The notes under the pieces are model-generated. The model was not told the DNA's origin. It saw nothing but the letters and a program-made list of their open reading frames with translations, and did not search any database. Below are positions 25,898 to 37,595 of a stretch of DNA of 64,000 nt, piece after piece. Origin of the DNA: an uncultured Actinomycetota bacterium (lineage in GTDB: Bacteria; Actinomycetota; Actinomycetes; Propionibacteriales; Nocardioidaceae). Each line of letters starts with the position of its first letter. Positions within the stretch are counted from its first letter, which is position 1. Made by a program: the position numbers and the translations under genes. The DNA lies in contig CAVQTV010000003.1 in NCBI GenBank assembly GCA_963716655.1, positions 55,820 to 119,819 on the forward strand, read 5' to 3'.

Positions 25898-27015
25898 AGC
25901 AGCACCAGGTCGTCGCGGTGCACGACCTCGCGCTCGTAGCCGGCGCCGAGCTCGCGCTTGAGGTCGCTGGGAGGACCGGCCGAGCAGGCGCGGGGATCTC
26001 CTCGGCGTCGAAGTTGACCAGGCCGCGGGCGACCGGGGTGCCGTCGGGGCCGACCAGGTCGACCGGGTCGCCGGCGACGAAGCTGCCGGTGACGTCGGTG
26101 ATGCCGGCGGCGAGCAGCGACGCGCGCCGCTCGACGACCGCGCGCACGGCGCCGGCGTCGAGGACCAGCGCGCCCTTGGGCTCGGTGGCGTGCGCCAGCC
26201 AGAGCAGCCGGGTCGGGCCGGCGCCGGCCGGTGGTGTGGAAGAGGGTGCCGACCGGCTCGCCGGCGAGCGCCGCGCGCCGGCCAGGTCGGCCGAGGTCAG
26301 CACGACCGGGATGCCGGCGCCGGTCGCGATCCGGGCGGCGTCGACCTTGGTCTGCATGCCGCCGGTGCCGAGCCCGGCGGCGCCGGCCTTGCCGATCCGG
26401 ACGTCGGCGAGGTCGTCGACCGAGACCACGTCGCGCAGCAGCGAGCTGCCCGGGTCGGTCGGGTTGGCGTCGTAGAGGCCGTCGACGTCGGAGAGCAGCA
26501 CCAGCAGGTCGGCGTGCACCAGGTGGGCGACCAGGGCCGCGAGCCGGTCGTTGTCGCCGAACCGGATCTCGCTGGTCGCGACCGTGTCGTTCTCGTTGAC
26601 GATCGGCAGCACGCCGAGCTCGAGCAGCTTCGCGAAGGTCTGGTAGGCGTTGCGGTAGTGCGAGCGCCGGGTGACGTCGTCGACGGTGAGCAGCACCTGC
26701 CCGGCGATCACGCCGTGCCGGGCGAGCTCCTCGGTGTAGCGGTGCACCAGCAGCCCCTGGCCGACCGACGCGGCGGCCTGCTGGGCGGCGCAGCGCCTTC
26801 GGGCGCTTCTTGAGGCCGAGCGGCGCCAGGCCGGCCGCGATCGCACCCGAGGAGACCAGCACGACCTCGGCCCCGTCGGCGCGCAGCTTGGCGAGCACGT
26901 CGACCAGGTCACGCACCCGCGCCGGGTCGATGCCGCCGGCGGCGGTGGTCAGGGAGGAGGACCCGACCTTGACGACGACCCGCTTCGCCCCGGTCACCTC
27001 GGTGCGGGTGCTCAT
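25894..27015 (-). CDS. proB: Glutamate 5-kinase (frameshifted)
   Basis: [43 protein letters not shown], and PUA domain ending [11 protein letters not shown]. Confidence 0.95.
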   Translation of the reverse strand: MSTRTEVTGAKRVVVKVGSSSLTTAAGGIDPARVRDLVDVLAKLRADGAEVVLVSSGAIAAGLAPLGLKKRPKALRRPAGRRVGRPGAAGAPLHRGARPARRDRRAGAAHRRRRHPALALPQRLPDLREAARARRAADRQRERHGRDQRDPVRRQRPARGPGRPPGARRPAGAALRRRRPLRRQPDRPGQLAAARRGLGRRPRRRPDRQGRRRRARHRRHADQGRRRPDRDRRRHPGRADLGRPGRRAALAGEPVGTLFHTTGRRRPDPAALAGARHRAQGRAGPRRRRRARGRRAARVAARRRHHRRHRQLRRRRPGRPGRPRRHPGRPRPGQLRRRGDPRACSAGPPSDLKRELGAGYEREVVHRDDLVLL

Positions 27016-28564
27016 GCGTCGGGGTCGCTCCGGGGTCGTTCTCGGCCCAGTCGGGGTCTTCGGCGTGCCGATCTCGTACGACGTGGGCCCGTAGGTCTCG
27101 GGCTTGTCCAGCCGGCGGGCCACGTCGGCGCGGGTCTCGCCCTCGGCCCGGTCGGGCAGACGCCTCCTGGATCGCCCGTCGGCGCCCGTGGGCCGGCCGC
27201 TGCTCGTCGAAGCGCTGGTCCTCGCCGCGGCGGCTGAGGATCTCGGCGCCGGCGTCGATGCCCGGCTTGAAGTCGAAGACCACGGCGTTGTCGGGGTGCC
27301 CGATGAGGACGGCGTCGCCCTCCTCGGCACCGAGCTGGACCAGCCGGGTCTCGACGCCGAGCCGGTTGAGCCGGTCGGCGAGGAAGCCGACGGCCTCGTC
27401 GTTGCTGAAGTCGGTCTGCCGGATCCAGCGCTCGGGCTTCTCGCCGCGCACCCGCCAGCCGTCGCTGGTCTGCGGTGACGGTGAACTCGTCCTTGCCGTC
27501 GGCCGACGGCGGGCGGAGCACGATCCGGGTCGCCTCGACCGACGGGCTTCGCCGCGCGGGCGGCCTCGACGATCGCGGCCATCGCGAAGGTCAGCTCGCG
27601 CATCCCCTCGCCGGAGGCCGCGGAGACCTCGAAGACGTCGCAGGCCGCGCTCGCGCAGCTCGTCGACCACGAAGCCGGCGATGTCGCGGCCGTCGGGTAC
27701 GTCGATCTTGTTGAGCGCGACCAGGCGCGGCCGGTCCTCGAGCCCGCCGTACCGGGTCAGCTCGTTCTCGATCACGTCGAGGTCGTCGACCGGGTTGCGG
27801 CCCGGCTCGATGCTGGCGGTGTCGATCACGTGGACCAGGGCGGCGCAGCGCTCGATGTGGCGCAGGAAGTCGTGGCCGAGGCCGCGACCGTCGCTGGCGC
27901 CCTCGATCAGGCCGGGCACGTCGGCGACGGTGAAGGTCATGTCGCCCGCGGTCACGACGCCGAGGTTCGGGCACCAGCGTGGTGAACGGGTAGTCGGCGA
28001 TCTTGGGCCGGGCCCGCGAGATCGCCGCGATCAGGCTGGACTTGCCGGCGCTCGGGAAGCCGACCAGGCCGATGTCGGCCACGACCTTCAGCTCGAGCAC
28101 GATCTCGAGCTCGTCGCCGGGCTCGCCGAGCAGCGCGAAGCCGGGGGCCTTGCGCTTGGACGGAGGCCAGCGCGGCGTTGCCGAGGCCGCCGCGACCGCC
28201 CTGGGCGACCACGAGCTCGGTGCCGGGGCCGACCAGGTCGGCGAGCACGTTGCCCTTGCGGGTCGGTGACGACGGTGCCGTCGGGGACCGGGAGGACCAG
28301 GTCGGAGCCGTGGCCGCCGTTCTTGTGGTCGCCGGCGCCGTGGCCGCCGGACTCGGCGCTGCGCTTGGGGCTGTGGTGGTAGTCCAGCAGCGTGGTGACG
28401 TCCGGGTCGACCCGGAGGATCACCGAGCCGCCGGGGCCGCCGTTGCCGCCGTCGGGGCCGCCGAGCGGCTTGAACTTCTCACGGTGGACCGAGGCCACGC
28501 CGTGCCCGCCGCGGCCGGCGCTGATGTGCAGCGACACCCGGTCGACGAAGGTGGGGACAGCCAT
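27012..28564 (-). CDS. obgE: GTPase ObgE/CgtA (frameshifted)
   Basis: [41 protein letters not shown] and NKID. Confidence 0.95.
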
Positions 28565-28590
28565 GGGGGTTCTCTCCTGGTAGAAAATCA

Positions 28591-28625
28591 ACGGAGGGCG
28601 TCCCGAGTCTAGGGACGCCCTCCGT
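28591..28625 (-). terminator. Hairpin after rpmA
   Basis: ACGGAGGGCGTCCC...GGGACGCCCTCCGT inverted repeat, followed by TGATTTTC on the minus strand. Confidence 0.75.
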
Positions 28626-28655
28626 CGTTACGAGGTGTGGTGAGTGAGCGTCAGG

Positions 28656-28910
28656 TCACTCGCCCGGGACGATGTTCACGACGCGACGACCGCGACGCGT
28701 GCCGAACTCGACGGCACCGCCGACGAGCGCGAACAGGGTGTCGTCACCGCCGCGGCCGACGCCGGCGCCCGGGTGGAAGTGGGTGCCACGCTGGCGCACG
28801 ATGATCTCGCCGGCGTTGACGACCTGGCCGCCGTAGCGCTTGACGCCGAGGCGCTGGGAGTTGGAGTCGCGGCCGTTCTTGGTGGACGCGGCGCCCTTCT
28901 TGTGTGCCAT
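28656..28910 (-). CDS. rpmA: 50S ribosomal protein L27
   Basis: [25 protein letters not shown]; intact ORF. Confidence 0.98.
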   Translation of the reverse strand: MAHKKGAASTKNGRDSNSQRLGVKRYGGQVVNAGEIIVRQRGTHFHPGAGVGRGGDDTLFALVGGAVEFGTRRGRRVVNIVPGE

Positions 28911-28955
28911 GTCTTCATGTCCTTCGTGAGTGCCGGGGAGACCTCGAGCCTGGGC

Positions 28956-29265
28956 TCAGAGGGAGATGTCGGTGACCTTGACCTGGGTGTACTTCTGGCG
29001 GTGACCCTGGCGCTTCTTGTAGCCGGTCTTGTTCTTGTACTTCTGGATGATGATCTTCGGGCCCTTGGTGGCGCCGAGGATCTCGACGGTCACCGAGGCC
29101 TTGTCGAGCGCCTTGGCGTCCGAGGTGACCTGTCTCGCCGTCGACGACGAGGACGACGGGGAGCTTCACCGAGTCGCCGGCCGCCGTGGTGACCTTGTCG
29201 ATCTCGATGACGTCGCCCACGGCAACCTTCTGCTGCTTGGCGCCTGCGCGCACGATCGCGTACAC
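28956..29265 (-). CDS. rplU: 50S ribosomal protein L21 (frameshifted)
   Basis: [18 protein letters not shown]...[27 protein letters not shown]. Confidence 0.95.
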
Positions 29266-29367
29266 CGCGGTCTCCTTCGTCGGTACTGATGGTTGAAGTC
29301 TGGGTCTGGGGCGCAGCCGAATCGGGCGCCGCGCAGAAAGAGGCACGCCTGAGCGCACCGAGGGTCA

Positions 29368-29396
29368 ATACTACGGACCCGGCGCCCCGACGGCAA
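29368..29396 (-). promoter_or_regulatory. Housekeeping-sigma promoter of rplU-rpmA
   Basis: Minus strand TTGCCG-17 nt-TAGTAT. Confidence 0.7.
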
Positions 29397-29516
29397 ATCA
29401 CCGCCCGCTCACCGCCCGCTCACGCAGCTGCTCGCGGGAGCGACCGGCGGGGAGGTTGAGGGCGTCGGCAGGGACCGCGCGCAGCGCGGGGACCTGTGAC
29501 GCGTCTCGAAACCCGC

Positions 29517-32447
29517 TCAGCGCTTGCGGGACCCCTTCTTCTTGATCGGGACGTGCTCGACCGGGTGGTCGCCGTCCGGCCGTCGACGGCGCTGCCGGTC
29601 TCGGCGGGCGGCCCGGCCGGCCGGCTGGCGCTGCGGCCCCGGGTCCGGGTCACGATCTTGGGCGGCTCCGGCGCCGAGATCTCGGCGGCCGGGGCGGCCA
29701 CGGCGACCGGCTCGGCGACCGGCTCGGCGGCCGGCTCCGGCTCCGCGGTCTCGGCGACGGGCTGTCCGGCGGGGCGGCTGGCGCTGCGCCGGCGCCGGGT
29801 GACCACCTTGGGGGCCTCGGCCGGTACGTCGATCGGCAGCGGCCTCCTGCGGCGTCTCCTCGACGGGCTCGACCACGGGAGCGTCCTCGACGGGCGTCTC
29901 CTCGGCGCGGGCCATCGCGGCGACGTCCTTGGGCGTCGGAGGTGTGTCCTTCGCCGAGTCCTTCGCCGCGTCCTTGCCGGTGCTCTTGGACCGGCCGGAG
30001 TCCCTGCCGGAGTCCTTGGCGGAGTCCGTTGCTGCCGGTGTCGTCCTGCTGGTCCTGGCCGCGGCCTCGGCCACGGCTGCGGCGGCCGCCGCGACCGCGG
30101 CTCGTCGTCGCCGCCCTTGGGCTCGACCGGGGTGTCCTGGATCACGACGCCGCGACCCTGGCAGTGCGCGCAGTTCTCGCTGAACGACTCGACCAGGCCG
30201 GTGCCGATCCGCTTGCGGGTCATCTGGACCAGTCCGAGCGAGGTGACCTCGGCGACCTGGTGGCGGGTGCGGTCGCGGCCGAGGCACTCGACCAGGCGAC
30301 GCAGCACCAGGTCGCGGTTGGACTCGAGCACCATGTCGATGAAGTCGATGACGATGATGCCGCCGATGTCGCGCAGCCGGAGCTGGCGGACCATCTCCTC
30401 GGCGGCCTCCAGGTTGTTCTTGGTGACGGTCTCCTCGAGGTTGCCCCCGGAGCCGGTGAACTTGCCGGTGTTGACGTCGACGACGGTCATCGCCTCGGTG
30501 CGGTCGATGATCAGCGAGCCACCCGAGGGCAGCCAGACCTTGCGGTCGAGGCCCTTGGCGATCTGCTCCTCGATGCGGTACTCCGCGAAGACGTCGGCCT
30601 TGCCGCCGGCGCCGTTCGGCGCCGGGCTCGTAGCGCTCGAGGCGGTCCTCGAGGTCCGGCGCGACGTGCTGGACGTAGCTCTGGACGGTGTCCCAGGCGT
30701 CGTCGCCCTGGATGACCAGGCTTGGTGAAGTCCTCGGTGAACAGGTCGCGGACGACCTTGAGGGTCAGGTCCGGCTCGCCGTACAGGAGCTGCGGGGCGC
30801 TGCCCTTGGCCTTGCCCTCGATGTCCTCCCAGCGCGCCTTGAGCCGCTCGACGTCGCGGGTCAGCTCGTCCTCGCTGGCGCCCTCGGCCGCGGTCCGGAC
30901 GATCACGCCGGCGGTGTCCGGGACGATCTCCTTGAGCAGCGTCTTGAGCCGGTTGCGCTCGGTGTCGGGCAGCTTGCGCGAGATGCCGCTGGTGGTGCCG
31001 TCGGGCACGTAGACCAGGAACCGGCCGGCCAGGCTGACCTGGCTGGTGAGCCGGGCGCCCTTGTGCCCGATCGGGTCCTTGGTGACCTGCACCAGGACCG
31101 ACTGGCCCGAGGACAGCACGGACTCGATCTTGCGGGGCTGGCCGTCCTTGTGGCCGAGCGAGGACCAGTTGACCTCGCCGGCGTACAGGACCGCGTTGCG
31201 GCCCTTGCCGATGTCGATGAACGCCGCCTCCATGGAGGGCAGCACGTTCTGCACCCGGCCGAGGTAGACGTTGCCGATCAGCGACGTCTGCGACGCGCGG
31301 GCGACGTAGTGCTCGACGAGGACCTTGTCCTCGAGGACGCCGATCTGGGTCAGGTCGTCGCGCTGGCGGACGACCATGACCCGGTCGACGGACTCGCGGC
31401 GGGCCAGGAACTCGGCCTCGCTGACGATCGGGGCGCGGCGGCGACCGGCCTCGCGGCCCTCGCGGCGGCGCTGCTTCTTGGCCTCCAGGCGGGTCGAGCC
31501 CTGGATCGAGGTGATCTCGTCCTCGGCCGAGCGCCGGCTGCGGACCCGGGTGACGGTGTTCTGCGGGTCGTCCGCGCCCTCCGCCGCCGTCCTCGCCGGA
31601 ACGCCGGCGGCGCCGGCGGCGGCGCGACGACTGGTCTCGCCGCCCGTCGTCGTCCACCGTCCTCGGCACCGGCGGGCTCGTCGGACTCGTCGGCCGTCGT
31701 CGGACGTCGTCGCCGTCGGCGGACGTCGCCGTCGGTCGTCGTCGTCGCCGGGCTTGCGGCGGCGGCGGCCGCCACGGCGGCGGCGGCGGCGGGCCGGCGC
31801 CGTCGCCGGCGCCCTCGCCCTGCTCGGTCGTCCTCGGAGCTCGTCGGGCTCGTCGGCCGGCGCCTCGGCGGCGGGCTCGTCGGCCTTCGGCGGCCTTCTG
31901 GCCCGCGGCGGTCTTCTTGGCCGCGGCCTTCGCGCCTGTCTTCTTGGCGGGCGCCTTCTTGGCGGCGGCCTTCTTCGCGGCGGTCTTCTCGGCGGGCTGC
32001 TCGTCGGTCGCCTCGGCGACCGTCGGCTGCTCGTCGGCGACCGGGGCGGCGGCGGTCTTGCGGGTCCGGCGGGTGACGGTGACGGCCGGCGGGGCCTGGA
32101 ACAGCACTGCGGTGGCGGCGCCCGCGTCGGGGGCCTCGGCCTGGGCCGGCTCCGGCGCCGCGGCGGCCTTCTTGGTGGCGGCCTTCTTCGCGGTGGTCTT
32201 CTTGGCCGCGGTCTTCGCGCCTGTTGCCTTCTTGGCGGGCGCCTTCTTGGCGGCGGTCTTCTTCGCCGCGGGCTCGGTGCCCTCGGCGGCCGTCTCGGTG
32301 GCGGGTTCGGTGGCGGCGACCGCCTTCGTTGGCCGTCTTCTTGGCGGTGGCCTTCTTGGCGGTGGTCTTCGCGCCTGCTGCCTTCTTGGCGGGCTTCTCG
32401 CTGATGGGGGCGGCGGTGTCTTCGCCGACCTGGATGTCGTCGGGCAT
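29517..32447 (-). CDS. rne: Ribonuclease E/G family protein with long disordered termini (frameshifted)
   Basis: GNVYLGRVQNVLPSMEAAFIDIG (S1 domain), DVNTGK, LRLRDIGGIIVIDFIDM and CAHCQGRG. Confidence 0.93.
31910..32400 (-). repeat. Coding low-complexity AKK repeats in the RNase E N-terminus
   Basis: Repeated GCCAAGAAG/GCGAAGAAG units encoding KKTAAKKAPAKK-like blocks in three clusters. Confidence 0.75.
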
Positions 32448-32778
32448 GTGCTGCACTCCTCGACCCGTGCGCATCGCGCTCGGGTGGTCCGACGCCCACG
32501 GCCCGAGAACTCAGGGCCGGTGACGCAAAGCCTTCGTGGCGGCGACACCCTCCGCGGGTGCGTCACTGGGGTACGTCCGGCACCTGCCGCGGTCGCTGGT
32601 CCGAGCCTGGGACTCGGCGGTCGCTGTCACCGCCGCTGGCCGCGTCGCGGTCTGGCAGACGATACGTGCCTCCAGCGTGCCGGGCCTCGAGGGACCGGCG
32701 AGAACGTCGTCGGGTCACTCCGGACCGGTTGTCCGGGTCGACCACGGCGAGTATCGCACACGACGCGGCCGGACGGCG

Positions 32779-33500
32779 TCAACCCCGAGGACGCGAGCGG
32801 GTCGCCGATCGCCCCGGTCTCCGGCGTCGAGCGGGCCCTGGGCCAGGCGGGTGAGCAGCGGCGCGCCGGCGACCTCCAGCCCGGCCACGGCGGCCAGTCC
32901 GGACAGCACGTCGTCGGGCCGGACGGCGGGTACGGCGTGTCGCAGCACCAGGTCGAGGCGGCTGCCGCTCTCGCGTGGCGCGGCGCTCAGCGCGACGACG
33001 GCGCCGCGGCAGTCGAACTGGCGCAGCCCCTTCTTGGTCATCCGCTCGACCTCGACCGACTCGGTCGCCAGGAACGTCGCCACCGCCGTCGTCACGCGTC
33101 TCGGGAGCGGCGTCGACGTCGACCAGCCAGTGGCTGGCCTCGAGCAGGTCGGCGAGCGACCCGCCCGGCGACTCGACCACCTCGAGCACGTCGAGGCCGT
33201 CGGGCAGCGCCTCCTCGAGCAGCGCGTGGATCGCGGCGGGGTCGACGTACCTCGGCCAGGCCGATCTCGACGTACTCCGCCTCGCTCGCGGAGCCGGTCG
33301 GCGCGGCGCCGGCGTACGAGATCCGCGGGTGCGGGTTGAAGCCCGAGGAGTACGCCATCGGCACCCGGGCCCGGAAGATCGGCCCGCTCGAAGGCCCGGC
33401 TGAAGTCGCGGTGGCTGGTGAAGCGGAGCCGGCCGCGCTTGGCGTAGCGGATCCGGAGCCGCTGGACGGGCGGGGCTTGTTGCTCGGGCTGGTCACGCAC
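32779..33500 (-). CDS. TIGR03936/DUF2344 radical SAM-associated protein (frameshifted)
   Basis: RIRYAKRGRLRFTSHRDFSRAFERA and PMAYSSGFNPHPRISYA. Confidence 0.9.
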
Positions 33501-33509
33501 CGGCCAAGG

Positions 33510-34698
33510 TTACGGCGTGACGGCCTGCTTCATCGCAATCGACGGGTAGACCGTGCTCACCCGGTGACCCGCCAGCCACCCGGTCAGCCGCGTCGCCTCG
33601 GCGTCCAGCGCGGCCCGGGCGTCGGCGCCGACGTCCTCGAGCAGGTGGACGAGCACGACGCCGTCCGGGTCCTGGACCCAGCAGCCGACGATCCGGCCGT
33701 CCCACCACGCGGTGGTGCCGGCGTTGCCGTTGGTGTCGAACAGCATCGGGCCGTGCGGGCCGAGGTAGAAGCCGCGCTCCTTCCAGCCCATCACCGTCGG
33801 GTCGAGCACCGGGAGCAGCGCCGCCCAGGGCTCGACGGGCGGGTCCGGCTGGTCGTCGGGCAGCACCCATCCGGTCGCTCCCCCGTCGAGCCCGACCTCG
33901 ACGGCGGCGACGTCGGCCAGGGCGGCGCGTACGGCGGTCTTGGTCGAGCCCAGCCACCAGACCAGGTCGGCCTCGGTGCCGGGGCCGAAGGTCGCCAGCC
34001 AGCGGCGGACCAGCTCGGCGTACCCCTCGCGCTCCTTGGCCGGCTCGGGCACGCTCCCCCCATCCTGGCCGAGCCAGCTGGCCATCGCGGTCCACTGCGG
34101 CCGGGCGGTCCACCAGCTGCCGGCGTTGCGGCCGCGCACGATCTTGGCCTCGACGCCGAGCTGGGTGAGCACCCGCGGCGCGACGGAGACGTTGGCGGCG
34201 TACGCGCCCTTGCCGATGTCGAGGCGGCCGGCGAGCTCGGGGACCTGCTCGCGCAGCTGCTGGGCCGAGAGCTCCGCGCCGTCGGCGAGGTGCGCGAGGG
34301 TGGCCGCCTCGGCGGCGTCGACCCAGGCGGCACCGTCGCTCGCGAGGCCGCCCGCCTCGATCTCCTTGGCCAGCCGGGCCCGGAGCGCCGCGGCCACCCG
34401 GGCCGAGGCGCTCCCCCAGGCCGCCGGCAGCAGGTCGCGCGGGAAGACGAACAGGGTGCGCCGCATCGCGAGCTGCTTGACCAGGCTGCGCTCGTCGTAC
34501 AGCGCCCGGTCGACGTCGGCGACCGTGAGCCCGTCGACCCGCGCCCACAGCGAGAGGTAGACGCTCGGCGCCTCGGTCGCGTGCAGCACGGTCATCGCCC
34601 GGGTCGCCGCGACGCGGGTCGGCGGCGCGGTGGCCCGGGGCGAGCGCATGCCGGCGGGCCAGCCGGTGTCGTCGCTCGACGTCGCTCACCTGACGCAT
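33510..34698 (-). CDS. HTH_42 winged-helix protein, AlkZ/YcaQ DNA glycosylase family (frameshifted near N-terminus)
   Basis: LHATEAPSVYLSLWAR, AMRRTLF, RWLATFGPGTEADL.WW, LLPVLDP and DGRIVGCW. Confidence 0.8.
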
Positions 34699-34756
34699 GT
34701 GGCCCATCTTCATATGGCAGAGCCTGCCGGAGACCGCCGACACGGGCCCTGGGACG

Positions 34757-35992
34757 ATGGGCAGAGTGAGCACCTCGGCCCGCCGCGCGACGGCCTTCGT
34801 CCTGTTCGGCCTCGTCGTCCTGTCGGTGAACCTCCGCCCGGCGGCGGTGAGCGTCGGTCCGGTGCTCGCCGAGGTGCGCGACGCGTTCTCGATGTCGCCG
34901 GCGACGGCCGGGCTGCTGACCTCGCTGCCGGTGCTCGCGTTCGCGGTCTTCGGCGCCGCCGCGCCGGCCGCGGCGGCGCGCTTCGGTGTCCACCGGGTCA
35001 CCCTCGGGGCGCCTGGTCGCCGCCACCCTCGGCCTGCTCGGCCGCTCGGTCACCGGCAGCGAGGCGCTGTTCCTGGCGCTCTCACTGCTCGCCCTCGCCG
35101 GGATGGCGATGGCGAACGTGCTGCTGCCCTCCCTGGTGAAGCTGCACTTCCCCGACCGGATCGGCCTGGTGACCGCGATCTACACGACCGCGCTCTCGAT
35201 CGGGCTGACCGCGGCGCTGGTCCTGACCGTCCCGGTCGCGGACGCGCTCGGCGGCTGGCGCTGGGGTCTCGGCGCCTGGGCGGCGGTGGCCGTGGTCGCC
35301 GCGATCCCGTGGCTGGCGCTGTCCCGGCACGACCGGCACCTCGAGCGGAACCCGACGACGGTGCTCGTACCGCGACGTCGCCCGCACCCGGCTGGGTCAG
35401 GCGATGGCGCTGTTCTTCGGGCTCCAGTCGCTCCAGGCGTACGCGATCTTCGGCTGGTTCGCCCAGCTCTGGCGCGACAGCGGCTACTCCGCGACCACGG
35501 CCGGCGCACTCGCCGGCCTGGTCGCCGGCACCAGCATCCCGCTCTCGCTGTGGCTGCCGAACGTGCTGGCCCGCACCCCCGACTCGCGGCGGGTGCTGTA
35601 CCCGGTGATCGCCGCCTACCCGATCGGCTACGTCGGGCTGATGGTCGCGCCGTACTCGCTGGCGCCGCTCTGGGCGGTGCTCGTCGGCGTCGGCACGGTC
35701 ACGTTCCCGCTGATCCTCACCCTGGTCGGGCTGCGCGCTCACACGCCGGAGGGGACCGCCGCACTGTCGGCGTTCACGCAGTCGACCGGCTACCTGATCG
35801 CCGCCGCCGGCCCGTTCGCCGTCGGGCCTGCTGCACGGCGTCACCGGCGGCTGGATGGCGCCGCTGTGGCTGCTGCTGGGGTTGGCGCTGCCGCTGTTCT
35901 GGCTGGCGGCGTACGTCGCCAAGCCGCGGTACGTCGAGGACCAGCTCGCCGTCAGTGCGTCTGGACCGCGTGCCACTCGAACGTCGCGGTGA
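34757..35992 (+). CDS. MFS transporter, CynX/NimT-like (frameshifted)
   Basis: SVNLRPAAVSVGPVL, GLLTSLPVLAF, NVLLPSLVKLHFP, FFGLQSLQAY and LSAFTQSTGYLIAA. Confidence 0.88.
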
Positions 35993-36538
35993 CCCTCGAC
36001 TTCTGGAAGGGGTTGTCGGCCGCGTCGGCCCCCTCCGGGAACGTCACCACGAAGCGGTAGGTGTGCTCCTCGCCCGGCGCCCAGGTGCCGAGCGACTCGT
36101 CGAGCTGGTCGATCCGGACCGTTGTAGATCGGCAGCGTGACCCCGACCTCGTACACCTTCAGGTTCAGGCGGCTCGACAGCTTCCCGCCGTTCGGACCGG
36201 GGACGTCCTCGACGTCCTCGACGACGGACCGTGAACTCACCTCGGGCGTCGCCGACGTTCTCGATGGTCGCGGAGCCCTCGACGGCGTCGCCCGGGACCA
36301 GGTTGCCGGCCCCCATGATCGCCGCGTCGTCCGCGGAGTTGGTCTGGGTCATGCTGCCGGCGCTGACGACGTTCCGCGCGTTCGCGGACGAGGCACTGAA
36401 CAGCCCGAAGCTCCAGCCGGTGAGGACCAGGCAGGCCACGACCAGCAGAACGACCGCCAGGACCCACCTCCCCGCCGTCCGACGCAGCCAGCGCAGCCGC
36501 TCGCGGGCGTCGACGGTGTCCGGGGCTGCTTGGGTCAC
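35952..36538 (-). CDS. TasA/CalY-family fibre subunit #3 with SipW-type signal (frameshifted)
   Basis: Hydrophobic signal then WSFGLFSASSANARNVVSAGSM; NLVPGD..G.ATIENVGD; IYNGP; LGTWAPGEEHTYRFVVTFP; DNPFQ; C-terminal TFEWHAVQTH. Confidence 0.8.
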
Positions 36539-37595
36539 GGCTCGATCCCCCAGACCAGCTTGCCGCGCAGGTACGCCGTGACGGTCACCGTGTTCTCGAA
36601 CGGGTGTTCTGGGCCCAGCTGTAGTCGTTGGTCTCGTCGAACGGCGAGTAGTCGGCGTGGTGCACGCGGATCTGCACCGGTCCCGTCGAGTCGTCGATCT
36701 GCAGTGCCTGTGGATCGAAGCCGACCTCGAGGTAGGTGTCGGCTCCGGGCCGAGGCGAGATCGGGACGAACGAGAGGTTCACCTTGTCGCAGCCGATCTC
36801 GGCGAAGTCGCAGAACCCCAGCAGCTGCTGCGCCGTCCCGCCGTCGCGCGTGAACCAGTAGCGGAGCGTCACCTCGTCGAGCTCGATCGGGACGGTGCCC
36901 GAGTCCACGACCATCAGGTGCGGCTGGATGGCGTTGTTGTGCGGGTCCGTGCTGCCGTTGGCGTAGCGGACCGAGACCTTCTCGACCAGCGGCAGCGGCC
37001 CCGGCTCGGTGCCCCACACCAGCTCGTTCCGGATGTACACGGTCACCCGAGGGTTGTCGGTGAAGCCGGCCTGGTTGAGGAAGCTGAAGTCATCCAGCTG
37101 GTCGAACCGGCCGCCGAGCTGGTTGAGGATCGCGAGCTGGTTGAGCTCCGCCTGCTGCCCGGCGTCGAGGCGCCCGCTCCGGAAGCCGACCTCGAGATAG
37201 TGGTCGGCACCCTGCTTCGCTGCGGCGAGCGTCCTGATGTCGAGGTTCAGCTTGTTGCAGCCGAAGACCGCGTAGTAGCAGTTCGCCTGCTGGCCGCCGT
37301 GCTCGTCGGCGGTGTACCAGTAGCGCATGGTCACGGTGTCCAGGTCGACGCGCTCGGTGCCGGTGTTGCGCAGCAGCAGCCCGAGCTGGATCTGGCTGCT
37401 GGACGCACCGCCGTCGTTCGTCTTCGACTGGGCCAGGAGCGCGGTCGTCTCCGGCGGGTCCGGCGGCCTGAAGTCGTCGGAGGCGACGAACGTCTGCGGG
37501 GTCGACTGGTGGGTCGTGAAGGCGGCTACCGCCAGGCCGTTGCCGACCAGCAGCACGGCCATGGCCAGGGCAAGCGCCAGGACCCGGGCTCTCAT
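36535..37595 (-). CDS. SipW-signal protein with two tandem CBM3 (cellulose-binding) modules (frameshift near the 3' end)
   Basis: Signal then AAFTTHQSTPQTFVAS and a Pro linker. Each module has RYW(Y/F)T, a C-x6-C pair, AD(H/T)YLEVGF, (D/N)D(F/Y)S and LVWG(T/I)EP, which are CBM3 hallmarks. No catalytic domain. Confidence 0.85.

Noticed and set aside
31917..34769. Very long alternative ORFs (e.g. 950 aa here; also 24208-26475, 60325-62520, 14374-16074)
   Set aside because: They are antisense shadows of real genes in stop-poor, high-GC DNA, with no recognisable motifs.
36535..37595. Cellulase or cellulosome scaffoldin
   Set aside because: No glycoside hydrolase, cohesin or dockerin sequence is present in the gene or its neighbourhood.
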